Assembly (NCBI RefSeq): GCF_001194135.2
Contig: NC_068995.1
Location: forward strand, 50,760,860 to 50,824,859
Reading direction: 5' to 3'
Length of the DNA stretch: 64,000 nucleotides
Source: Octopus bimaculoides
Taxonomy: Eukaryota
The first letter of the stretch is position 1, and each line of letters starts with the position of its first letter. A program made the position numbers and the translations under genes. Positions 13,871-26,700 of the stretch are shown one piece after another. Below the pieces are notes generated by a model that ran no database searches, was not told where the DNA came from, and saw only the letters and a program-made list of their open reading frames with translations.

Positions 13871-14530
13871 AATATTCAAATTAAACTAAGTTAGATATTA
13901 CAGACTGTTGCAGTTAATAGTGTAAACAAGTTAATCAGTTCATGGTTCAGTGGTTTTTAGCTCATTATCCTCAATGTGGTGTGTGTCCTTGACAATGTCA
14001 GTGAAATCTCAGTGACTGAATTGTATCTAACGAATTTTGAGGGGAGAAGTGGTAGTGCACTGTTGCTATTTTTAGTTCGAGGTCAATCCTTGATCGTGCA
14101 GTCCTATGATCAAAAGCATTCCAGCTGTGACCATCCCAGCAGTATTTGGGATTACAATAGTCAATATGCTCTTTCTTTACATTTTTTTCTTTCATTTTTA
14201 TTTTTGGATTGTAGGAAATACAGCAGATTCATTTGCTATTTCCAGCAATCTAAACAACCGCATAGAGGCTCAAGATTGGTGGGTGGAGCTACATAATTAG
14301 TGACTTGACAGCTTTTAGCGGAGCAAGCATACTCCAGAGAACTGTCCCAGTGAATGACTATGTTAAGTTTGAAACCTTCGGTAGTGTTCCAACACTTCTA
14401 ATGGATTAAACATGGTATTATCTGCCCAAAAGGGGGGGGGGCCCAAGAAAGATAATATTAAAGACAGAAACAAACACACGTGGGAGAGAGAGATGCGAAG
14501 TGAGAGCTGCATTGACAAAATAGAATCAAT

Positions 14531-14605
14531 AGAGAGAATGAGAGAGGGGGAGAGAATGAGAGAGGGGGAGAGAATGAGAGAGGGGGAGAGAATGAGAGAG
14601 GGGGA
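14531..14605. repeat. 18-bp minisatellite (AGAGAATGAGAGAGGGGG) x4
   Basis: Direct reading. It is followed by (GA)n, (GT)n and a 2-3 copy gtgttgcatatacagacacaaaaagagag repeat up to about 14930. Confidence 0.9.
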
Positions 14606-14730
14606 GAGAGAGATAGTGTGAGGAAAAAATGGACGGATGGAGGGAGGGAGGGAAAGAGAGTTGTACAAGAAAGACATAATAAAATCAAAAGGAAAAAAAA
14701 AAGAGAGTTGTATTGACAGACAATAATACA

Positions 14731-14782
<52 letters not shown>

Positions 14783-17209
14783 TGTGTGTTGCATATACAG
14801 ACACAAAAAGAGAGAGTGTGTGTGTGTGTGTGTGTGTTGCATATACAGACACAAAAAGAGAGAGCGTGTGTGTGTGTATGTGTGTGCAAGCGTGTGTGTG
14901 TTGCTTATACAAACACAAAAGGAGACAGACAGGCAGTCTGTGTAAGAGAAAGTGTTTGTGAGCATAAAAAGTGCTTTGTGTATAATCAAAAGTAAACAAA
15001 CAATAACATTTTTAAAAAACACAACACAAAATAAAACAAGCAAAACAAATATAAACAAAGTGAAAATAACAAAAGAAAACTTTAAAAAAAAAAACATCTG
15101 AAACAAAAAACTTTTGCACCTATTTCACATCATCCACACATCTCACTACGATTGCAACAACATTGGTGGTTCACATTTCGCTACCTTGTACTGAGTTAAA
15201 TCACCTTTACTAGTGGCAAAGTCATTAATCGGATGGAGCAGGAGGTGGGCGGGAGAGGGAGAGAAACATGATAATGTGACCTTAATGGTAGTGAAAGAAC
15301 AGTCAGATTTAGCAGTGACCTTGTAGGCTTTTCTCTGGTTCATACCAATTACAGCCCAGATTTGAATCGCTAATTAACCCACATCCCGCCAATGTCACCT
15401 GCCCTACCTAAGTTATGTTTTGTACAAGTCACAAATAATTGATGAAGGTAAGCTGAAGTTTTAATTATCCAAAAGTGAAAAGATGACATCTAATGAACAA
15501 AAATAAGGAATAAAAATTCCATGGACAAAGATTGAGTTTTAGAATTCCAGGTACACAATTTGCAACAAAGAATTCAGAGTTTTCGAACCTCTAAATCATC
15601 GTCATCGTCATCACCACCACCACCACCACCACCACTAACACCATCATTGTTTTAAGATCTACTTTTCCATGTTTGCACAGGCCAGATCAAATTCAATGAG
15701 GCAAGGCAGATGTTCCACAACCAGATGCTCTTCTTGTTGCCAACCTTCACCAGTTTCCTAGCATGGTCAATATTTCCCCTACTCCTTTGAACATGAAGAG
15801 TACAATGGCTGGACATGCATTCACCGAAGACTGCAAATGAACACCATTGCTTGGATGACCATGTCAGTGGTTTGCAGTTAGCACACAATGCCAAGACAAG
15901 GAGACAAACACACACACATACAATGAGCTTCTTTCAATTTCTGTCAAGGAAAGAAGAGACAAACACACACGACAGACGTCATTCAGTTTCCATCAATGAA
16001 ATCCACTCACAAGGATTTCATTGGACCAAGCTATAGTAGAAGACGCTTCCCCCAAGGTGTCACACAGTGGGACTGAACTAAAAACTATGTGGTCAAGAAG
16101 CAAACTTCTTACCACACAGCCATGCCTGTACCTATGGATTATAATTAAATAGCAATATGGACAGAGCATTAACCTCTGGATTAAGACACTATAATCAGCA
16201 GAGCTTAAGGAGCCTGGTGATGTTCTGCATCAAGAAGAGACAACAGAACAGAAGATAAAATAGAAGCATATTAAGTATCCGTAACAAGAAATATCTTAGA
16301 TTGCAGGTACAGTTTTAATTTCATTTCTTTCCGATGAAAGAGTTTTACCTGAAATATTAAGCTACTTTTATCATTTTACAGCAACTTAATACCACATCTT
16401 TTTCTAGGATTTTGCATCTATTGTATCAGCTAACTTACACTGCTCTACTTGTAGTGTTCAGTCAAAGTCGGAGAATAACTGTCACATCCATTTCAATTAT
16501 TACAGGAGAATGAAAATAGAAATCTGCTTCCAAATCTAGTTCAAGTTTCTCAATGTATATATATCCAAAACTGAAAGATCTTTTGAATAAAATTAGCATT
16601 GAAAATATCAAAAAAGACATAGAAAAAAAACACAAAGGCACCATAAACAATTCAATGTCTATGCAGACAAACTCACAGAGATCAGCTTGACTCTCTCGGC
16701 AGCAATGTTTGCGTCGGTGGTTATTACCTTTTTTTTTTTTACCATAGTACTTGTTTCAGTCATTAGACTGCAGCCATGCTGGAGCACCACCTTGAAGAAT
16801 TTCAGTCGAGTGAATCAACCTCAATACTTTTTTTTCTTTTCCTTTTAAGCCTGGTACATATGCTATCAGTCTCTTTTGCTAAACCACTAAGTTATGGATA
16901 CATAAACACACCAACATCAGTTGTCAAGCAGTGGTGGTGGTGGGGGAATTTGATTGTGGGTTCGATTCCCAGACCGGGCAGCACATTGTGTTCTTGAGCA
17001 AAACACTTCATTTCACTCGGCTGTAAATATGTGACCCTGAGACAGAATAGCCTTCCGATCGGGAGGAATGTTGGCCTGCTCACCCAGCAAGCAGGGTGGC
17101 ATCATTCAAAAGTTGAAACAATGTAAGGCGCATTGTGATCAGCAATGTATAACATCTGATAGTCTAGTTGAAACTATATGTGTGTGTGTGTGTGTGTGTG
17201 TATTATATT

Positions 17210-18677
17210 CAGGGTTACTGCTCTCCTAGATAATTGCTGGAGAGTCTAGTATCCGAGCCAGGTTGCCTTCACTACTGCCATGGGACTACATCCAAAATGC
17301 TGCAAAAGGGCACGCACAGATAGTGACTGAAGAGAGGTACTTATAGGTTGAAGAATTTATTTAGAATGTCTGAATTCTTAGACTGGTTGCACTTCAAGAG
17401 ACATCTGTGCAGCTCCTAAGGGTGCACACAGCNNNNNNNNNNNNNNNNNNNNNNNNNNNNNNNNNNNNNNNNNNNNNNNGGGCTTAAAGTAGACTGTGAT
17501 AAATAAATCCTGTTTATCACACTTGGCTGTCTGCTGGCTGCTCAGCAAACTAGGTATAGACGAATGGCTTGCGAGAAATGCTGTCAGTAAGGTGGAAGTT
17601 AGCAATAAGTTCAGCAAGGAATTTAGCATGCAGGTAAGAGTCCATCAAAGCTCAGTTCTCACCCCGCTCCCCTTAAATTATAGTCCCACAAGCCATAACA
17701 GTAGAGCTATGGTGGAAACTCCTGTACGCTGATGCCCTAGTTTTCAAAGCTGGATTTGTTGATGAGTTAACAAGAAATTCCAAATGTGGAAGCAAAGCCT
17801 ATTATCTTAAAGTAAACCTAGCAAAGACAAACATTTTAGTTAGTAAAATGGGAGACGGGTCTCTACTGCTGTACGGGAAATAGCCATGCTTAATGAGCAG
17901 AAAATAAATAGGATGGTATTTGATATGGCATACCCAGTTTTAATTAGGGTTGCATTAGAGGTGCATTGAGATCACAGGCAGTTTCATTAAGAATAAGGAT
18001 TTCATATGCAGCAAATGCACAGGAGTAGTTAGCAGTAAGAGCATTTATAAAATAATCTTTCAAATATTCAAAGGGCTCCCTAGAACAAGGTAATAGTTTT
18101 GTTAACTAGGTGACTTAATTTGCAGTGAAGAAGAGTGTTCCAAAAGCAACAGAATTAAAAATGGAGTAGAAAATTTTAGGGTGCTCCTCTACTAGCAGAA
18201 AAGATGCTCACTCACTCTCTGAGTGAAGGGCAGATTGTGTGATAGCATGAAGTAGAATGTTGCATGGTAGTGAAACATAGATATAACATGTGGAGGTGAG
18301 CAAAGACTGGAAGAAAATGAGGTGAGAAAACTCTGTAGGATGTGTAACATTAATGTCTACGAATGAGCTGAAACCAAAACTGAAAATAAGAGGAATACAG
18401 TGTGCAAGACAGGATACTGTACTAATATAGAAATGAGATGCATATAGGGGATGACAGTTGAGTAAATAAGAATCAAACAATCCAAGATGAGTGAACTTTG
18501 GAAGAGGAAGACCAAGGGGTGAGGATAGAGGTGATGAAAGCCGGTCTGAGAAGGATGGGCCTTACAAAGGAGATTATAAAGGACACAACAAATGACAAGA
18601 TGCAGTGCTGGAGAAGACTTGTCCAACCCATACAAGAATAAAGAAAGGGAAGCATGATGATGATGATGATGATGATG
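17210..18677 (+). mobile_element. decayed, 5'-truncated RTE-clade LINE (RT plus C-terminal region, (GAT)n tail)
   Basis: Residual peptides GIDEWL...VRVHQSSVLTPL (RT GVxQGSVLSPL motif), a Cys-rich segment (FICSKCTG), and a 3' end ...tccaacccatac...gcATGATGATG. Many stops and frameshifts. Confidence 0.85.
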
Positions 18678-21574
18678 CAATTTCCTGATATCAGCCAGAA
18701 ATGGATATAACTAAAATAAAAAAAAAACTCTACATGCAGTTCTCAGAAAATTTAAAAATAAAATATAACAGAAATAAAACTCCAAAGATAATAGGGCTGC
18801 ATACTCACAAAGTAAAACATAGTGAGGAAGAGTAACATTCTATTATGTCTTTATTTCTCAAATCTCTCTCTTTCTAAGAAAACATGAAACTCTTGTGGAC
18901 ATTTTAAAATTTGTAAACCTTAAGAGATAGAGGAGTTGAGGACAGTGAAAATACCTTCAACCTCGATACGAACATCCTGAAACTTAATATCGTTTGCCTC
19001 CAATTGCAAGGCCTTAATCAAATATGGGTGAGCTGGCATAGAAATAAATTAGACAACTGTTACTCAAGTATGAATAACGATATAGTAAATTAACACCTGT
19101 AATACTCAGTCTATACCGGATATCAATACACCATCAAAGAAGTCGATGTTACAGGTAAACAGATCAATGGCTAAAAGATCACTAGATAAAAATGGGACAA
19201 TTATAGAATTGTTGCTCTTTAGAAAAGGATGTATATCCCAACAGTAGAAAGTATTTGGGAACAAAGATATGGTCTTCAGAAATAGGATTTCATAATCGCT
19301 TTTCTATTTGAGGGAGGAAAGAATGAAAATAATGAGGGTTCAGTATGTAGTAAGCCTATCTATCTCTCAAAGTTAGGTTTCAGAATTAAGTAGAAGTCAA
19401 GCTGAAAACAGATCAGAAGAAATTCACATCAAAATATCACCAAATGATGAATGATATCTCAGTCGAATCCATGCCTCCCACTTGTTAGACTCAAGAATTC
19501 CACATCAATGGTCATTAAAGATGACAACTCACAACCATACTTTCATATGTACACATTCAAGTTGATAATTGGCATTTATTAGGTTTTATTTCATTTTAAT
19601 TGGGGGAAATATGTTTTAAGAATACAAAACAAACAAACAAACAAAAAAATGAGCAATCAACCAAAATAGTAACTTTTTGAAATATGTGTCACTCTGAGGG
19701 AGAAGGGACAACAGTCAGAAATAACATCAAATTCTGCGAATTCTGGGCACATAAACCAACATGCTAGGTTTTCCAAGGACAGAAATTAGCAAACGATGTC
19801 AACAATTATTTGGGCCCATAACTGTAGTGAACTGGCCCTTTATGGGTTTTATGTAGTTACAGTGGTAGGTACACAAACTAACAGCTTTAACATGATGCAT
19901 GAGCATGGAAGTCGGTGTGAAACCATACAGAATTCTATTAGTATTTGGTGAGTAGAAATACTGACAGGAAGAAAGAAGGGGCAAAGAAAAAGGAGCAAAA
20001 TGGCGCAGTCTACCTGGCATTGTGCTGCATATCCCAGCTTAGACCATAAACTCTGAAAGGGAAAATTTAAAATAAAAAATGTGGTGTAATCAAGCTAGAA
20101 ATAATTTCTTCTAATTGGTCGGGTATACTTGTACTGTATAGGAAAATAATTAGTTAGGAGAGCTGGCATATTTCTGTAATGAAGACAGGTAAAGAAAATA
20201 TAGTTAATTAGAAAAGAAAAGAAAGACATACATAACAGACAATCAGAGAATTAATTGAAGGCATGAAATGAAACAGAAAGAAAAAGAGGAAGGAAAAAAA
20301 AACCCCAAACTACAGGAAATAATTGCTTTTACACAATTTTAAGCGATTACTGACCCTTAACCCAGGAGTTCGAAACTTATTATTGGCAGTGAATGCTGTT
20401 CATAATTTCTCCCAGTCTTTTATTTTGAACCCAAAAGTCAATGTTAGAGAGGACCTAATTTACTTATTAGAACTATCTCACCTGTGCTACCAGGAATAAA
20501 ACTAAGTACTCCCTAATCGAGAGGATTATTAGGACATCATTGGTTGCACTACCAGGGGAACTTCTGTGTGAGTGCATGGCCTATTAAAAATAGCAATCAA
20601 ATCTCTCTATCTCTCAAATCACACTCTCAGTCTTGGAAAATGTAAAAAAAACATTAGATAATGTTGTCCTACATAACCCGAAGTAAAGAGAAGACCATGG
20701 ATGAAATACCTTTGATTACATTTCTACTCCATCAGGGTTGACCTCGGATTAAACAGCAACTGTCAAGGAGTGAAGTCTTAGTGCTTCCTCCAGTGCCTCA
20801 ATGTTTACTACAGCTAAATAAAAGCGGAGTACTGTTGCCAGAGACTGCAATGTGCAGGCAATAGGATAGGAACCAGTGATGCTCCAGCTGGCACAATAAT
20901 GCCATATCCACTAAAACTGCTGTGACTCTATACACTTAACTTGCTGTGACCCTCATAAGAGAGAGAGAGAGAAAAGTTTAACTAAGAGATTACACAACTT
21001 TAAAAATATATAAAACAGCTATGCTAATTATATATCACACCTCACAGCATCTGATATGTGTTTGCAAACATACTTAAACCTGCTGTGAAACTTGTTTTAG
21101 GTGAATGACAACCACTGGTGTAACTTTTAGTGTTGATATAATCATTCCTTGGGGCATTCACAAAAGGGAATTTTAATTTAAGAGTGCAAAACTACTAATA
21201 CCAAATGTTTACCTTTAGTTAAAGGGGTTACTGTTATTTGAAGGGGTTAACCAAAAAAGATGTAATCACCACCCTCACCTGTCACAAACAAATCACATGA
21301 CTGATAAAAACTAAAAGCATAATGACAAAAAAACAGATGAAGAAGAAAATTAAAAAAAGCAATGTAAATTAAAATGAAGATGTTGCATGCAACAGAGAAC
21401 ATAAATGATTACAGAATTACAACATTTATACATGTTAATATGGGTTAAACAAATAAGGGGAGCTATAATTAAGCTGTTAAATTAGCAATGTATTAATTAG
21501 TGAAGTAGGACAGTATTTTGGGGGAATAGGGTACCAGATAGAACTGGATTATTAATCCCAAGTATTAAACTTAC

Positions 21575-21818
21575 ATGGTTAGTCCGCATGACTCCATAAG
21601 AAGCATAGAGCTGGTTTCCTGGTTTCTCTGGCATAAAAATATTCCTCCCTGGATGGGATGCCAGTTCTTCACAGGATTACTCATTTTTGCCAGCTGAGTG
21701 GACTGGAGCAATGTGAAATGAAGTGCTTTGCTCAAGAACACAACGCATTGCCTGGGCCAGGTATCGAAACCACAATCCTACAATCTTGAGTCCAACACTC
21801 TAACCACTAAGTCATGTG
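21575..21818 (-). mobile_element. tRNA-derived SINE with the family 1 head but a different 3' body
   Basis: Shares ...cagctgagtggactggagcaatgtgaaatgaagtgctttgctcaagaacacaac... with family 1; its 3' body matches 33790-34040. Confidence 0.75.
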
Positions 21819-22433
21819 TTTCTATTAAATGACTTATGTGCTGATCCTTAATTGCTGTTTGAGTTTCAAGTTAATTCTTATCAAATGCACTACAACCATG
21901 AACATCCTTTCATTTTTTACCTCCTGGAATTGGGTTTCTCTATTATCTGGAGTAGTATTAGATGACATCCTTCATCTTTCTTTTTTTTTTCTTAAGATGG
22001 TGCAGTGTGAATTAAGGAATGTTTGGCTGTTATTCATGGTCAACATGACAGCTGACCGTGAAGAGGCTCCTTTACCATTGGTCACTTCTGTGCAGTGTGT
22101 CAGGTAAATTATAGAGATGATCAGAAACGAGATTTAAAGAAAAGTTTGTAGGGATTTACAGAGGTTGAAATCAGCCCTAAAGGAATTAATAAACATATAA
22201 AAAAAAAAAAACAATAAACTGACAACTGAAACATGTTTTGTTTACTTAAATATGATTGCATGGTTGGAATTGGAAAGGTTTGCTTCATGATTATGTGGTT
22301 TTGAGTTTATTCCCACTGAATGGCATTGAAGCCATTGTACCTTCTACAATAATCTTGGATTGATCAATGGCTTGTGAGTGGAATTTGGTAGACTGAAACT
22401 ATGAGGGAACTTGCATAACATACATACATACAT

Positions 22434-22470
<37 letters not shown>

Positions 22471-22764
22471 AAATTCTTTTTTGGGAACAATGGATCTCAA
22501 ACCACATAAAGCTATGAATAATATTTATAGCTCTGTGTGCTTTTGAGATCCACTGTTTCAAAAAGAATTATTTTACATTCTCTCAAAAGTTTATAAAATT
22601 CTTATGTCAACAATACACACACAAACACACACAATCATTTTAATGTCCATTTTTCTATGCTTGCATGAGTCAGACAGAAGTCATTGAGGCAGGTTTTCTA
22701 AGGCTGGATGCCCTTCCTGTTGTCAAGNNNNNNNNNNGTGTGTGTGTGTGTGTGTGTGTGTGTA

Positions 22765-22975
22765 TGCATTTGTGTGTCTGTGTTTGTCCCCCCAACATCA
22801 CTTGACAACCGATGCTGGTGTGTTTACGTCCCCGTAACTTAGCGGTTCGGCAAAAGAGACCGATAGAATAAGTACTAGGCTTACAAAGAATAAGTCTTGG
22901 GGTCGATTTGTTCGACTAAAGGTGGTGCTCCAGCATGGCTGCAGTCAAACGACTGAAACAAGTAAAAGAGTATAT
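22765..22975 (+). mobile_element. young family 3 SINE, 3' half
   Basis: cttgacaaccgatgctggtgtgtttacgtccccgtaacttagcggttcggc...gactgaaacaagtaaaaga, directly after a (GT)n tract. Confidence 0.8.
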
Positions 22976-24197
22976 ACAACTTATTACTGCACCATAGTGA
23001 CCACCACAATTTATAAAATAACTTTCTGTTTTAGTGTGAAAAGAATCTATTTTGTAAGCAAGTCAATTGTTCAAATCTCAAGATTTTTATTTTGTATTTA
23101 TTGTATTGATTCCACAAGACTAATTTGGTCTTGATTAAAAAGCTTGGAATCATGAAATGCTAAACTTGTCACTCTTAACATCTATATAGCCTGGGTTTTT
23201 TGGTTTGTTTTTACACCGTTGTCACATCCACTTGCCAACAACCTGTCAAAACACAGCTCGTTAGTAAAGACTTAATGACAACTTGATGAACTGTCTAGCG
23301 GGATTAGCAGTTCTGAATGAACAAAACTATGAAGGTCAGCTTAATGCTCATCATTCAAGAATCAATAAGGATAAATTAAAAATAACATGTTTGACATCCA
23401 TTTGATTGATAAACCCTAACAAAAACTGTTCAGATTAGTCATTTAGCACGCTGTGTCCTCTCACTGTCTTTTCTACTCCTACTATAATAAACAGTAATTA
23501 TCTTCAAAAAATTCAAGCAAGACGTGATTCTGATTACACAATAGTGATGATGATGATGATGATAATTATAAAAGTTGTTGAACAACCAAAGAAACCTGCA
23601 ATATGCCAAGTATTACAGGCTAGATATGTGAAAAGCTTGCAGTAGTTTTTATCAACTTAATTTTCTTGCCAATTTCACTTCACCCCACATCACCTCTCCT
23701 ATAAATCCAAGAAACTGTGCTTCCATAGGAAATCCTTATTGTATCCGTTCTACAATGTTAAAGAATGATTTTGGCAAGGAATTATCTGTAAGATGGAAGA
23801 CATATTTTTATCTCATCTGTTAAACAGATATTCTATGAGCTGAGTATTAAACAGTTCACCCAACCGAGATGTCTGCTCTTGCATAGGTATATAATATTGG
23901 ATAATATATCTAAGACTCCAGCAGCCACTCACCTTTCCAACATCTGCACTGTATTCTATACAAGAACTCTGTTTACACCAAACATTATATGCTGTCCTTC
24001 ATTACGAGAAGTGTTGCCATAAGTGGCCTCTTAATCCTCTATGAGGTCACATTCCCCAATATACTTACTACGGTGGTTGCTGTGGCATGGCCCCGTCATT
24101 CAGATGCTTGGAGGTTTAATCGGGTCACCAGCTTCAGAGTAAAACTTCTGAGAGTGGGATCTTGTATGGAAGCCCAGCATCTGCACTAAGCTTTAAT

Positions 24198-24410
24198 TTA
24201 ACCCTTTAGCATTCAGATTACTCCTTCAAATATATCTATTTGTTCACTTTGAATTAAATATGTATCATCTTGTAGCTTCAAGATTTTGATGACGTGATTA
24301 TTTTTAGAATGCCATTGCAGGGTAAGTGTGAGAGACTAGATCTGGCTGGTTTGAGCATAAAACAAATAGAATATTTGGGCCAGATATTGCAAGTTTAAAT
24401 CCTAAAGGAT
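24198..24410 (+). mobile_element. piggyBac-like MITE copy
   Basis: TTAAccctttagcattcagattact...tttaaatcctaaagg. Further partial copies at about 2436-2630(-), 4230-4410(-), 24620-24715(-), 35458-35500(-) and 37905-38125(+). Confidence 0.7.
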
Positions 24411-25534
24411 CGATCTGGTGCTAGTGAGAGAAATTAAAAGGGGCAAGTTGGTTAAGAAGAGATATTTGTATCAGGCTGAAAATGAAGCAGGAAAAAGACC
24501 CAGTTTCACCAAGAAGTAACGTAATACAAAAGAACACATGTTTTGCCAAGACAGCAATGCCTCGTTCTCAACATGGTTAAAGCTCAGCAGTTGAAAGCTT
24601 TGAAAGAGTATTAGTAGTTTTAATCCTTTAGCATTTAAACCAGCCATATCAGACCCAAATATTTTATTGGTTTTATGTTCTAAGTGACCAGATCCAGCCT
24701 TTCACACCTACCCTAAAGAGGAGGTAATGATTTGCAACAAGCATAACGCTGCACATTTTCCTTTATTGATCAATTCTGCTACCCACAGTCAAATAATTTT
24801 CCATCTCTTAATACAAGGCTAAAAATATTTATGGGAGGATGTAGTCACTTTAATCAACATCAACATGTTACGGCTGCTTATTTTATTAACCCAGAAGGGT
24901 GAAAGGTAATGTCAGGCCACAGAAAAATTGCAATTCAGAATGTAAACATGCATAATTAAATGCCATACAGAACTTTATCCCCTCCTCTGCCACTGCCCAA
25001 CCTTAAGGAAACATGACTTTTTTTTTTAATCTTAATATTCATTTTATTAACTTGGGATTTAAACTCATAACTGCGAAGTACCATACTAATTAGCATTAAG
25101 TTCTGTTGCACTAACATAATTGCTTTTCTATCAGAATAATTGGCATTAATTTATGATAGTGGTATTGAATGCTGGATATGTCTAAGATTAGCATTGACCT
25201 TACACACACACATTAGCATATATANNNNNNNNNNNNNNNNNNNNNNNNNNNNNNNNNNNNNNNNNNNNNNNNNNNNNNNNNNNNNNNNNNNNNNNNNNNN
25301 NNNNNNNNNNNNNNNNNNNNNNNNNNNNNNNNNNNNNNNNNNNNNNNNNNNNNNNNNNNNNNNNNNNNNNNNNNNNNNNNNNNNNNNNNNNNNNNNNNNN
25401 NNNNNNNNNNNNNNNNNNNNNNNNNNNNNNNNNNNNNNNNNNNNNNNNNNNNNNNNNNNNNNNNNNNNNNNNNNNNNNNNNNNNNNNNNNNNNNNNNNNN
25501 NNNNNNNNNNNNNNNNNNNNNNNNNNNNNNNNNN

Positions 25535-25597
<63 letters not shown>

Positions 25598-25952
25598 CAT
25601 ATTTTGAGTTCTATTTTGTTTCTGTTTGTATCAACATACCTGTATGTATATGTTTATGTGTGTGTGTGTGTGTGTGTGTGTATACATATATATTTGAAAG
25701 AATGAGTAGAGATGGCTTTTTTGAAGGGACAATTTTTATTTTAATCTTAATAATAATGTTTACAGTGAGTTACTCACTGTAAACATTATTATTAAAATCA
25801 AAATTATCCCTTTATATATTCTTTCAAATACAAATATATATAATACTGAACCAAGAACTTATTATTCTACTATATATATATATATATATATATATAGTGT
25901 ATGTATATCAATTCTGTGTTGTTTGGTGCGAGGTCAAACCAACCAGACTTAC

Positions 25953-25973
25953 GAACACAATGTTTCCAACCAT
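25953..25973 (-). CDS. candidate alternative first coding exon (MVGNIVF)
   Basis: ggatcATGG start, donor TTC|gtaagt (phase 0), at the edge of a local CpG-retaining patch (25.9-26.16 kb) containing TGACTCA. Could be chance. Confidence 0.25.
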
Positions 25974-26344
25974 GATCCTCCCTCCTTTCTTTCAACTAAT
26001 GTATCGAAGGACAAAGCATTTATTCAAGGTTCCCTACATTTTCTTTCAAAAACGACACAAAGCGATTTGGGAGAAATCTGGCAGCTGCCTCTCGCAGAGT
26101 GAGCAATTACACAGAACTACCTTGCTGACTCATGTGAGAGGTATAACCTGCTACGGTCTTCTGTTCTGTTTAATGTTTCCCATAGCTCTCCTATGCATCA
26201 TAATCATCTGTCACCATCCAGTCCCACCCCCATAAACATTACTTACATTCAAGAGTAGACATCATATCTTGGTATTCTGAGCAATGCTCAGCTTACAAAA
26301 TAATTATTCAACACATATATCATATTGCAAATCATATTTTCATC

Positions 26345-26700
26345 TTTTACATGCTTCAGTCACTGGACTGCAGCCACGGTAAGGTATTGTCTTAAAGTGT
26401 TTAGTGAAACAAACTGACCCCAATATTTTTTTCTTTAAACTATGGTACTTAGTCTATCGAGCCCTCTCACTGAACTGTTATGTTATGGCAGTGAGAGGAC
26501 TAAATAAACCAACACCAGCAGTCAGGTGGTGAAACAAATACAAACACACACACACACACACGAGATTCCACACAGTTTCCATCTACCAGATTCACTCACA
26601 AGGCATTGGTCAGCCCAGGGTTACAGCAGAAGACACTTGCCCAAGGTGCTGTGCACTGAAAATGAACCCAAAACCATGTGGTTGTTTAAGCAAGCTTACA
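26345..26700 (-). mobile_element. near full-length SINE (family 3) with an internal (CA)n tract
   Basis: tRNA-like head (cccaaggtgctgtgcactga...aaccatgtgg), a gtagaagacacttg / aaatccactcacaagg segment, internal CA repeat and 3' cagtca..gactgcagcca.. end. Confidence 0.8.

Noticed and set aside
14363-15106. 247-aa ORF and other long ORFs (1052-1609, 48146-48733, 28923-29336, 52628-53005)
   Set aside because: Kept open by microsatellites or low complexity (HTHT, SLSL, CVCV, poly-L/V). Only the MAAGRIGF segment within 48146-48733 was retained.
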